Positions 8,160-17,346 are shown, numbered from the stretch's first letter. The stretch is 64,000 nt of DNA from an uncultured Gammaproteobacteria bacterium (GCA_964524845.1 CAZGFX010000003.1:115954-179953); one strand, 5' to 3'. Notes: generated from the sequence alone by a model not told the origin. Program-made: numbers and translations.

Positions 8160-9137
8160 TATGAAAAGTGTGGAATTTATTAATAGAGTCGGTATCTTTT
8201 AAAGATTATATGACGGAATATAAATCCACACTTAATTATAAAAATGTGGTTGAGTTTTTGGGACGGTGTCACTTAGTGACTTCAATCTCCGTACTCAACC
8301 ACATATTGAACATTAATAAAAAATTATATATACCGCCTTGGGTTTATTAAGTAGCGAGATATTCTAAATAGAATTAACGAATGGTTTATAAACCCAGGGC
8401 AAAATTGTATTCCACGGATGATGTTTTTCAAACATTATTCGAAAGAATTTGTTCTTGATTACATCTCCGTGGAAAATTGTTTTACAAATCCCGCGAAGCG
8501 ATGGCGGAGCATGAGCATTGTCATGCTGAACTTGCCAGTCCTGAATGTAAATGAAGGATCACAGCATCTGCCGTGTAACTTTTGATAATATGAGCAGATC
8601 CTGAAAGGGCGCGGATCCTGAAACGACGCGGATCCTGAGACAAGCTCAGGACTAAAGGTTCAGAATGACGTTAAAAAAACAAGCCCGCCGAGCGAATCGA
8701 TGGCGGGGTATTCTCTAAGTGTTTTGTGTGGAGTTTATTATAAAGAAAGTATCTTCTAAAGATTAATAAATTTCTATAAATCCACACTTAATTATAAAAA
8801 TGTGGTTGAGTTTCGTTGGTGGTGTCACCTAGTGACTTTTAATCGGATACTCAACCACATATTGAACATTAATAAAAAATTATATATACCGCCTTGGGTT
8901 TATTTTCTTCGTCTTATTCTATTATAGAATTAAAAATATGATATGAACCCAGGGCGAAATTGTATTCCACGGATGATATTATTGAAATATTATTCAAATG
9001 AATTATAAACGCAGTCTATACTCCGTGGAAAGTTTTCTGTGTGGAATTTATTAACGGTGTAATATCTTTTAAAGATTGTTTTTCAATATATAAATCCGCA
9101 CGAACAGCCCCGTAGCATCAATGCTCGGGGTTTTTTA
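8160..9137 (+). ncRNA. Unit U1: two four-hairpin modules split by a ~220-bp dispersed-repeat insertion, then a terminal A hairpin and terminator (9107-9137)
   Basis: Module palindromes 'gtcacttagtgac' (8268) and 'gtcacctagtgac' (8826). Terminator 'ccccgtagcatcaatgctcgggg' plus T6. Confidence 0.5.
8488..8708. repeat. Dispersed-repeat block C inserted at a module boundary inside U1
   Basis: Shares a ~60-nt near-identical segment with 11304-11366: 'cattgtcatgctgaacttgccagtcctgaatgtaaatgaaggatcacagcatct(g/a)ccgtgtaactt'. Bounded by 'gcgaagcgatggcgg' and 'ccgccgagcgaatcgatggcgggg'. It replaces the usual 'gttttct' D-to-A linker. Confidence 0.6.
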
Positions 9138-9141
9138 ATAC

Positions 9142-9170
9142 TTGACAAGATAATATAAACAAGCTAAAGT
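9142..9170 (+). promoter_or_regulatory. promoter of unit U2
   Basis: 'cttgacaagataatataaacaagctaaagt'. Confidence 0.45.
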
Positions 9171-9171
9171 A

Positions 9172-10216
9172 GTATGAAAAGTGTGGAATTTATTATGCGT
9201 TTTCGTATCTGAAAAGATTGAAAAAGGGGTATAAATCCACACTTAATTATAAAAATGTGGTTGAGTTTTTTCTTCCCATGTCACTTTGTGACTTAAGAAA
9301 CAATACTCGACCACATATTGAACATTAATAAAAAATTATATATACCGCCTTGGGTTTATTAAAATAATACTATTCTACATAGAATTATGAAAAGCATATG
9401 AGCTCAAGGCAAAATTGTATTCCACGGATGATATTAACAGAAAAATATTCAAATGAATTATCAAGTTGGATATATCTCCGTGGAAAGTTTTCTGTGTGGA
9501 ATTTATTAGCGGCGCAATATCTTTTAAAGATTATGTATAGAATATAAATCCACACTTAATTATAAAAATGTGGTTGAGTTTTAGTAAAAATTGTCACCTA
9601 GTGACTTTTCCGATCGTCCTCGACCACATATTGAACATTAATAAAAAATTATATATACCGCCTTGGGTCTATTGTAGAAATTATATTCTGTATATAATTA
9701 AATCATTATTATGAGCCCAAGGCAAAATTGTATTCCACGGATGATATTAACAGTAAAGTATTCAAATGAATTATCAGCCACATCTATCTCCGTGGAAAGT
9801 TTTCTGTGTGGAATTTATTAAAATAATACTATCTTTTAAAGATTAATGTTTATTTATAAATCCACATTTGATTATAAAAATGTGGTTGAGTTTTTGGGAC
9901 AGTGTCACTTAGTGACTTCAATCTCCGTACTCAACCACATATTGAACATTAATAAAAAATTATATATACCGCCTTGGGTTTATTAAAATAATACTATTCT
10001 ACATAGAATTATGACAGGCATATGAGCCCAAGGCAAAATTGTATTCCACGGATGATATTAAGAGCGTCATATTATAAAATAATTATTGATATTATATGTC
10101 TCTGTGGAAGATTTTTTTGTGTGGAATTTATTAATTGACAACTATCTTTTAAAGATTGTCTCTCCATGTATAAATCCACACGAATAACCCTCTTCATCAT
10201 TCGGAGAGGGTTTTTT
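9172..10216 (+). ncRNA. Unit U2: three four-hairpin modules (palindromes at 9278, 9593 and 9908), then a terminal A hairpin and terminator (10188-10216)
   Basis: Same conserved stems with different loop segments. The last D hairpin is degenerate. Terminator 'ccctcttcatcattcggagaggg' plus T6. Confidence 0.5.
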
Positions 10217-10221
10217 AATAC

Positions 10222-10250
10222 TTGACAAGATAATATAAACAAGCTAAAGT
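10222..10250 (+). promoter_or_regulatory. promoter of unit U3
   Basis: 'cttgacaagataatataaacaagctaaagt'. Confidence 0.45.
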
Positions 10251-10251
10251 A

Positions 10252-10669
10252 GTATGAAAAGTGTGGAATTTATTAAAATAATACTATCTTTTAAAGATTA
10301 ATGTTTATTTATAAATCCACATTTGATTATAAAAATGTGGTTGAGTTTTTGGGACAGTGTCACTTAGTGACTTCAATCTCCGTACTCAACCACATATTGA
10401 ACATTAATAAAAAATTATATATACCGCCTTGGGTTTATTAAAATAATACTATTCTACATAGAATTATGAAAAGCATATGAGCTCAAGGCAAAATTGTATT
10501 CCACGGATGATATTAACAGTAAAGTATTCAAATGAATTATCAGCCACATCTATCTCCGTGGAAAGTTTTCTGTGTGGAATTTATTAACGGTGTACTATCT
10601 TTTAAAGATTGTCTCTCCATGTATAAATCCACACGAATAACCCCGTAGCATCAATGCTCGGGGTTTTTT
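10252..10669 (+). ncRNA. Unit U3: one module that is a mosaic duplicate of pieces of U2 modules, then a terminal A hairpin and terminator (10641-10669)
   Basis: 10261-10470 is near-identical to 9806-10015. Its D hairpin matches the one at about 9700-9790 instead. Terminator 'ccccgtagcatcaatgctcgggg' plus T. Confidence 0.5.
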
Positions 10670-10678
10670 AATTATACG

Positions 10679-10707
10679 TTGACATTGATAATATAAAGAA
10701 TACAATA
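10679..10707 (+). promoter_or_regulatory. promoter of the 10727 gene
   Basis: ttgaca, 16 nt, then 'tacaat', then the RBS 'aaaggagg' 5 nt before the ATG. Confidence 0.5.
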
Positions 10708-10726
10708 ACAAAAAAAGGAGGTCACC

Positions 10727-11146
10727 ATGCTCATTCCTCTTGATAAAGAAAAGAAATTATTGCTCATATCAGTATTCGCTACAACTATCGTATATGCGTG
10801 TCATCGCGTCTGGTCGACTGAGTTCTTAACACAAATAGAATATGACATTGTTTATTGGGGCGCTATATCATTTTCGATGTGGAGAATAGCTATTATCGGA
10901 TATTTTATTGAAAATGAACAAAAAGTATTCGTTTCATATATTCTTGTCTTTTTATATGTGTGCGTTGCTTTGACAAGTATTATATTAAATCTATCATCGA
11001 AATTACTCTCTGATGTGATACCGGTGTACGTATGTTTTTTCATCGTATATATATTGGAAAGGAAAATATATACTGAAAAACAAACAAACAGAAAACCATC
11101 TAAAGCTGTTTTTACTAATAGAAAAAGCGCGAATACTGTTTTATAA
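10727..11146 (+). CDS. hypothetical small integral membrane protein (~4 TM)
   Basis: 139-aa ORF with a strong promoter and RBS. Hydrophobic segments are visible. No family recognised. Confidence 0.5.
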   Translation: MLIPLDKEKKLLLISVFATTIVYACHRVWSTEFLTQIEYDIVYWGAISFSMWRIAIIGYFIENEQKVFVSYILVFLYVCVALTSIILNLSSKLLSDVIPVYVCFFIVYILERKIYTEKQTNRKPSKAVFTNRKSANTVL

Positions 11147-11189
11147 AATCTCTTTATTGAAAAAATGAAGGGATTTTTTATTAAAAACA

Positions 11190-11593
11190 ACACCGCCGAG
11201 CGAAGTGATGGTGAAATATTAACATTGTCATGCTGAATCTTTAGTCCTGAGTTCGTCTCAGGATCTGCGCCTTTTCAACGTCTACCGTGTAACCTTTAAC
11301 TACATTGTCATGCTGAACTTGCCAGTCCTGAATGTAAATGAAGGATCACAGCATCTACCGTGTAACTTTACCTACATTGTCATGCTGAACTCGTTTCAGC
11401 ATCTACCGTGTAACTTTTAATAATATGAAAGATAAGTTTTCCTAGAAAACATTGTATCAAGTAAGATCCTGAAAGGAATGCATAGATCCTGAAATAAATT
11501 CAGGATGACGAGGTTCAGGATGACAAGGTTCAGGATGACAAGGTCAGTTCAGGATGACATTGTTCAGGATGACATTGTTCAGGATGACATTGT
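11190..11593. repeat. Dispersed-repeat block D upstream of uvrB: 'cattgtcatgctgaa' units, hairpins 'gctgaactcgtttcagc' and 'tcctgagttcgtctcagga', then a tandem '(g)gttcaggatgaca(a/t)' array x6
   Basis: Read from the sequence. It is the inverse orientation of blocks A and B. Starts with 'caccgccgagcgaagtgatgg', as at the end of block C. Confidence 0.8.
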
Positions 11594-11634
11594 TTTGTTT
11601 GAAATAAACACGATTTCCATATACAATCGTATAT

Positions 11635-13626
11635 ATGGAAAAATTTGTTCTGACAGCACCATTCGCACCTGCAGGAGACCAACCAAAAGCGATAAAATCG
11701 CTTATACAAGGGCTGAAAAACGATGAAAAAAATCAGACGTTACTCGGCGTCACCGGCTCCGGCAAGACTTTTACTATGGCGAATGTGATTCAGAGTGTAC
11801 AACGCCCGACGCTTATCATCGCTCACAATAAAACACTTGCGGCACAACTTGCTAACGAGCTCAAGGAGTTTTTTCCGAAAAATGAGGTTCATTATTTTGT
11901 TTCATATTACGATTATTACCAGCCGGAAGCGTATATTCCGAGCACAGCGACATATATAGAAAAAGAAGTTGAGATCAATGAAGAAATTGACAGACTTCGT
12001 CATGCAGCGACACAAGCACTGCTTACACGTCATGACACGATCGTCGTCGCATCGGTGTCTTGTATATACGGACTTGGTAGTCCGGATCAATACCGTTCTA
12101 TGAGTACAGAATATTTTGTTGGACAAATATTCAAAAGACAAGAGCTTCTACATCGTCTTGTTGCTATGCAATATACGAGAAACGACGTTGATTTTTCACG
12201 AGGGAATTTCTCTGTAAAAGGAGAAATCATCGAAATATTCCCCATGTTTACAATCGATAAATATTATCGAATCGTACTAGATGAAAACACAATAGAATCA
12301 ATAGACGAGATTGATTATCTAAATCATACAATTCTTAATTCTCTCGATCGAGTTACGATATTTCCAGCAACTCATTATTCAGCACCGGAAAAAAACCGCT
12401 CAGCAATTATCGCAAAAATTAGAAAAGACATGGAACACGAGGTGAAAATTCTTGAAAAAAACAAAAAACTTCTCGAAGCAGAAAGACTCAGACAACGTAC
12501 ACAGTATGATCTAGAAATGATTGACCTAACGGGTTTTTGCAAAGGAATAGAAAACCATTCTAGATATTTTGATGGCAGGAAGGCAGGTGAACCGCCTTTT
12601 ACACTTCTCGACTTTTTCTCATCGTGTAATCCGAATTTTCTTACAATCATTGATGAATCTCATATGACAATTCCTCAGATTGGTGCCATGTATAGTGGTG
12701 ATCGAGCACGAAAAGATACGCTTATTGACTATGGTTTTCGTCTTAGTGCTGCACGCGATAATCGTCCATTACGATTCGAGGAATTTAAGAGTAGAGTTGG
12801 CCAGACAATATTCGTATCGGCAACTCCAGGAAAATACGAACATGAACACTCGTCAAAAATCGTAGAACAAATCATCAGACCAACCGGACTTCTCGATCCA
12901 AAAATTGAAATCCTTCCTACAAAAGGACAAATTGATAATATACTTCATGAAATAAACAAAAGAATAAAAAGAGGACAAAGATCGATCATTATTACAATCA
13001 CGAAAAGAATGGCGGAAGATCTGACGGAATATCTTAAGGAGGCTCACATCAAAGTTCAATATATTCACTCTGATATAGAAACACTTGATCGAATTGATAT
13101 CATCAGAGACTTAAGAAACGGAACATACGATGTCCTCGTTGGTATTAATCTTCTTCGTGAAGGACTTGATATGCCGGAAGTCTCGCTCGTCATGATTCTT
13201 GATGCAGATAAAGAAGGTTTTTTGCGCTCAGAAACAGCGTTTATTCAAATAATAGGGCGCGCCGCCCGACATGAAGAAGGAATGGTACTAATGTATGCAG
13301 ACTTGGTCACAGGATCAATGGAACGCGCAATTGCCGAAACCGAGCGGCGGCGCGCCCTTCAGGAAAAATTTAATACCAAAAACAATATCATTCCACGATC
13401 AATAACCAAATCAATCACCTCGCGCGTTACAGCATCAATAACACAAAACAAAGAAAGTGTGAAGAAAATAGATACTGATGGATTTAAACTTCTTAACAAG
13501 AAACAAAAAGAAAAATATATTCGCATACTTCGTGAACAAATGAAGATAGCTGCGGAAAACCTTGAATATGAAAAAGCAATAGAAATTCGTGATGAAATAA
13601 ATCTTCTCGAAAATACACGAAAATGA
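11635..13626 (+). CDS. uvrB: excinuclease ABC subunit B
   Basis: Walker A 'GVTGSGKT', helicase motifs, the beta-hairpin region, and the C-terminal UvrB/UvrC interaction motif '...EKAIEIRDEI'. Confidence 0.95.
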   Translation: MEKFVLTAPFAPAGDQPKAIKSLIQGLKNDEKNQTLLGVTGSGKTFTMANVIQSVQRPTLIIAHNKTLAAQLANELKEFFPKNEVHYFVSYYDYYQPEAYIPSTATYIEKEVEINEEIDRLRHAATQALLTRHDTIVVASVSCIYGLGSPDQYRSMSTEYFVGQIFKRQELLHRLVAMQYTRNDVDFSRGNFSVKGEIIEIFPMFTIDKYYRIVLDENTIESIDEIDYLNHTILNSLDRVTIFPATHYSAPEKNRSAIIAKIRKDMEHEVKILEKNKKLLEAERLRQRTQYDLEMIDLTGFCKGIENHSRYFDGRKAGEPPFTLLDFFSSCNPNFLTIIDESHMTIPQIGAMYSGDRARKDTLIDYGFRLSAARDNRPLRFEEFKSRVGQTIFVSATPGKYEHEHSSKIVEQIIRPTGLLDPKIEILPTKGQIDNILHEINKRIKRGQRSIIITITKRMAEDLTEYLKEAHIKVQYIHSDIETLDRIDIIRDLRNGTYDVLVGINLLREGLDMPEVSLVMILDADKEGFLRSETAFIQIIGRAARHEEGMVLMYADLVTGSMERAIAETERRRALQEKFNTKNNIIPRSITKSITSRVTASITQNKESVKKIDTDGFKLLNKKQKEKYIRILREQMKIAAENLEYEKAIEIRDEINLLENTRK

Positions 13627-13629
13627 AAA

Positions 13630-13663
13630 TCCTCCGGTATATATGCCGAAGGATTTTTTATTA
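13630..13663. terminator. bidirectional intrinsic terminator between uvrB and tmk
   Basis: 'aatcctccggtatatatgccgaaggatt' flanked by A and T runs. Confidence 0.5.
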
Positions 13664-13677
13664 TAAGTTTATATTTA

Positions 13678-14325
13678 TTACAAGATGATACCGAGCCGAT
13701 CCTTAAGAACACCTAAGGCTCGTTCCAGTGTTTCTTCTTTTGTTCCGTTTGCATCTATAAGAACACACTCAGGATAAAATGATGGAAGAGACTGATACGA
13801 TTCAATAACTCTTTCATAAAAAGACGTAACCTGTAGATCCATTCGATCGTGTTTTTTCGTCTTATCTAGACTACGTCGTTTGATAAGCGTATCGATTGTT
13901 ATAGAAAGAATGATACAGAGATCAGGGTGATGATTTCCATAACATTTCTTGTTATTGAATTGGATCGTTTCAATATCCAGGCCTCGTCCGCCACCCTGAT
14001 AAGCATGTGTCGAATAACCTGAACGATCGAACAGTATAAGATCATACTTCTTTGCAAATTTTGGAATAAGTGACTCAAATAACTGTGCGCGTGAAGCAAA
14101 ATAAAGGTACATTTCACAACCGGGTTTAATATTTCTTTCTTTATCAAGCAACATTTCTCTTATTGCCTGAGCATCCGGATCCCCCCCCGGTTCGATAACA
14201 CACCGAATATTAAAGCCTTGTTTTTTAAAAAGAGTTTTTAACCTTTTGATAAGTGATCCTTTTCCGGAAAAATCAATTCCTGATATCACTACGATTTTTG
14301 CTTTTTTTTCTATATTTTCTTTCAT
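13678..14325 (-). CDS. tmk: thymidylate (dTMP) kinase
   Basis: P-loop 'ISGIDFSGKGS', the 'EPGG' motif, and a 'DRSGYST.AYQGGGRG' LID-like region. Confidence 0.85.
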   Translation of the reverse strand: MKENIEKKAKIVVISGIDFSGKGSLIKRLKTLFKKQGFNIRCVIEPGGDPDAQAIREMLLDKERNIKPGCEMYLYFASRAQLFESLIPKFAKKYDLILFDRSGYSTHAYQGGGRGLDIETIQFNNKKCYGNHHPDLCIILSITIDTLIKRRSLDKTKKHDRMDLQVTSFYERVIESYQSLPSFYPECVLIDANGTKEETLERALGVLKDRLGIIL

Positions 14326-14403
14326 TTTTTTGTTCCTTTCTTTTTTTCACAGATAAGATTTTTTCATCTATTTGTTTTTGAATAAATTATAATTTTTCTT
14401 TTT

Positions 14404-14931
14404 TTACAATGTAGACGGATTCATTTCGTGAATCAACACTAACAAATCCTCGTGATTCAGTGTAAAACCGACTATTTTATAATCGATGATGTTGAAAAAT
14501 ATCTTTTCCGCATTATACGCAATATTAATGTTCGAATGTACCAAACTGGATGGTTTTGATTTTTCACAAGACATGATATCCAAAAAAGGATTTTCTTCAC
14601 AATCTTTGTTTTTCAAAAACACATCAAAATATGCTGGTATTTTAAAAGTAGTATTTACTTCTTCGAGCCTTTCTTTAGTTAATTTATGAAAATGCCACAA
14701 CAAGACATTAATTGCATCTATATTTAGAACAAATCCGACAACATCCTCATTGGACACACATAAAAAAACTTCTTTTTCGCCTTTTAAAATACTTACTGTT
14801 GGTGCGTTTTCTAATGATACAGAATTATTTTTTGGTATAAGACCAACCTCATGCGCTTTTTGTTTTGCCCTTTCCACATAAAAAGGGTTTGGGCCTGGTG
14901 TTCTCTCGCTCTTACTTATAAACAGTCTCAT
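14404..14931 (-). CDS. hypothetical protein
   Basis: 175-aa ORF. No family recognised. Confidence 0.4.
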   Translation of the reverse strand: MRLFISKSERTPGPNPFYVERAKQKAHEVGLIPKNNSVSLENAPTVSILKGEKEVFLCVSNEDVVGFVLNIDAINVLLWHFHKLTKERLEEVNTTFKIPAYFDVFLKNKDCEENPFLDIMSCEKSKPSSLVHSNINIAYNAEKIFFNIIDYKIVGFTLNHEDLLVLIHEMNPSTL

Positions 14932-15127
14932 AGATAACTCCTTCCAGCCAAAACTGGTCAGCTTTATCCTCAGCCAATAGCTGACAGGATTTTAGCCGAT
15001 TGTTTAATTGATTGTGTTTTTTATTATTATTTCAAATTCATATTTTTCACTCAACAATATCACGACCGATTAAAAAGTTCAAATAGAGTCAGTTTTTGCG
15101 AAAAAACGCATTATTTTTACAAACGAA

Positions 15128-15166
15128 AATGAAAAAACCACGAAAAACATTCGTGGTCTTCTCCAT
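15128..15166 (-). terminator. intrinsic terminator (minus strand) after the SIMPL-domain gene
   Basis: The minus strand reads 'aagaccacgaatgtttttcgtggtttttt'. Confidence 0.5.
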
Positions 15167-15179
15167 TACGGAATTATGT

Positions 15180-15908
15180 TTATCGCAGTGTAAAATTAGC
15201 TTTGACGGTCACCATCGCTTCTTTCTCAATGTTCATCGTATCATACGAACCATAGTCAGAAATATCAACGGAATTGACGGGCAAAAGTTGAACCACTCCC
15301 ATTCCTGCGGATTTGAGAGAACCTATATTTCTATTTCCGCTTTCTGCTATTTTTTCAGCACGTACTTTCGCGTCTTTTACAGCTTCTGAGAGAAGGTCGA
15401 TACGGAGATCAGCCAGTTTAGAATAAAAATATTCGAGAGATTGTGTCGTAAATATTACTCCCTTATCAATAATATCCTGAATGTTTTTCGCAAGATCAGT
15501 TACTTTTTGTACGTCTTGTGATTGGATAGTAATGATTTGTTGAAGATTATAATATCTGTTTTCCGGAGTTGAATTTTGATAATTATAATCATAATTCTGA
15601 TACATTGTTACAGGAGAAATCGTTAAATCTTTTTCCAAAAAACCATTACTTATATAGAACTTCTTTACGATCTCAATGTCTTTTGCCATCTGAGAATAAC
15701 CACTTTTAAGCTCCGGCATCGTGACGGTACGAGCAATCATCGCCGTCCATTTTACTGTGTCAGAAGTGATAAGACGTTTCGCGGAACCAGTGACAGCAAG
15801 CGAATCATCTGTGGAACGTGCTTTAAAAAACGCAAAAGAAAACAAAGCCATCCCAACAACAAAAAATATTCCCAAAATAATACCCAAACGATTTAATGAT
15901 GTATTCAT
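15180..15908 (-). CDS. SIMPL-domain (DUF541) protein with N-terminal TM anchor
   Basis: Size, the N-terminal TM, and '...LAVTGSAKRLITSDTVKWTAMI...' resembling the SIMPL consensus. Recalled from memory. Confidence 0.55.
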   Translation of the reverse strand: MNTSLNRLGIILGIFFVVGMALFSFAFFKARSTDDSLAVTGSAKRLITSDTVKWTAMIARTVTMPELKSGYSQMAKDIEIVKKFYISNGFLEKDLTISPVTMYQNYDYNYQNSTPENRYYNLQQIITIQSQDVQKVTDLAKNIQDIIDKGVIFTTQSLEYFYSKLADLRIDLLSEAVKDAKVRAEKIAESGNRNIGSLKSAGMGVVQLLPVNSVDISDYGSYDTMNIEKEAMVTVKANFTLR

Positions 15909-15997
15909 AACATTTTTTAATTTAATAATATACTCGAGATGAGTTTAGCATATTTTTTTATGTAAAAAAATACCAAACAGTTTCTGAAAATAACTTA

Positions 15998-17341
15998 TTA
16001 CCACCCAATCAACTCCTTGCCAATCCACTCCATAACCGCATCCGTGCGCATAGCGTTTTCAAGATATCGAAAATACTCCTCTGTGTTTGACATGGATAAA
16101 AATTGTTCGATTTCTTTTTTTGCTTCAGCAGCCTCCTTGGACCCATCATTTTTTATACGAAGAAGCGTCGCCTGATATGCTTCTCTGTCTTTGTTTATTT
16201 TGTTTTTGATTTCTTCTTCTTTTATGGATATCTTTTCTGCGTTGGCAATCTCTTTAATAATCAAAAATACTTTTGCTCTTTTCTCGGCTTGCGGAATAAA
16301 ACCTTTTTTAAAGTCCTCTTCTTTTTTATTCTCCTGCAATAGAAAATCGTTCCAAGCGAGCCCATTTTGAGAAAGCATCATCTTTAGTTCGTGTATCATT
16401 TTTTCAAGCTCGTGATCAATCATTTGCTCAGGAATTTTTTCAAATGACGAATTTTTTATCACCTCATCGAAAAAATCAATTTCATCCTTCTCGCGTTGTT
16501 TTCTTTCTTTTTCCAATTTCATGTGATTTGTGATTCTTTCACGAAGCAGTGAAAAAGACTCCACTCCAAACCATTTTTTTACATTTTCATCAGTCATCTC
16601 TGGAAGAATGAGTTCGAAAACTCCTTTTACTGTAATCGAAAAGGTTACTTTTTTACCAGCAAGTTGCTTGTTATGATATTCTTTCGGAAAAACCAAATCA
16701 AAGCTCTTAGTATCACCTTTTTTAAGTCCATAAACCTCTTCTTCGAATCCAGGAATAAAATGACTATCACCAAGCTCAATCGGCATATCATGAGCATGTC
16801 CGTGTTCTACAGGAACTCCGTTCAAAGTGATTGTGTAATCTACATAAACCACGTTTCCTTTTTCTCCTGACCCGTCTTTTGGTTTTTCCTGAGCTCTCTC
16901 TTTAATAAGATGTCCAATTTTATGATCAACATCTTTTTCATCAACAGCGACATCTTTTTTCCGAACAGTTGTTTTTTTATAATCACCAATTGTTACTTTC
17001 GGTAACAGAGAAACCGTAAAAACAACTTCTACTGGATTTTCCGGAGCCGTTTTTTTCAAAGAAACTTTTGGTGACCCAATTGTAACAAATCCTTCCTTTT
17101 TAATAGTGTCCGCATAAAAATCCGTTAACATAGGTTCCAAAGCCGCTTCCAAAATTGCATGCTCTCCGACTTTTTGTTTCACATTATCATAAGGAACTTT
17201 CCCTGATCTAAATCCAGGAATACTTACATTTTTACTTATCAAAACAGCAGCCTGCTCAAGATATTTCTTTTGGTCAGCAATATCGATTGTCATCGATATC
17301 TCGATCTCCGTGTCATGGTTTTTTTTTGTTGTATACTGCAT
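15998..17341 (-). CDS. tig: trigger factor
   Basis: An N-terminal ribosome-binding domain, a '...VSIPGFRSGKVP...' FKBP-type PPIase region, and a C-terminal domain. Confidence 0.85.
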   Translation of the reverse strand: MQYTTKKNHDTEIEISMTIDIADQKKYLEQAAVLISKNVSIPGFRSGKVPYDNVKQKVGEHAILEAALEPMLTDFYADTIKKEGFVTIGSPKVSLKKTAPENPVEVVFTVSLLPKVTIGDYKKTTVRKKDVAVDEKDVDHKIGHLIKERAQEKPKDGSGEKGNVVYVDYTITLNGVPVEHGHAHDMPIELGDSHFIPGFEEEVYGLKKGDTKSFDLVFPKEYHNKQLAGKKVTFSITVKGVFELILPEMTDENVKKWFGVESFSLLRERITNHMKLEKERKQREKDEIDFFDEVIKNSSFEKIPEQMIDHELEKMIHELKMMLSQNGLAWNDFLLQENKKEEDFKKGFIPQAEKRAKVFLIIKEIANAEKISIKEEEIKNKINKDREAYQATLLRIKNDGSKEAAEAKKEIEQFLSMSNTEEYFRYLENAMRTDAVMEWIGKELIGW

Positions 17342-17346
17342 ACTGT

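Noticed and set aside
8100-10700. Possible CRISPR array, given the regular alternation of conserved and variable short segments
   Set aside because: The conserved segments are not one direct repeat. They are at least eight different sequences arranged as inverted-repeat stem pairs and palindromes. The variable segments are only 10-14 nt. No cas genes are nearby. The regularity comes from tandem copies of a multi-hairpin module, not repeat-spacer units.
11505-11726. ORF 11505..11726 (+) upstream of and overlapping uvrB
   Set aside because: The 'MTRFRMTRFRMTRS...DDIVQDDIVQDDIV' peptide is a translation of the 'gttcaggatgacaa' tandem array. It runs out of frame into uvrB.
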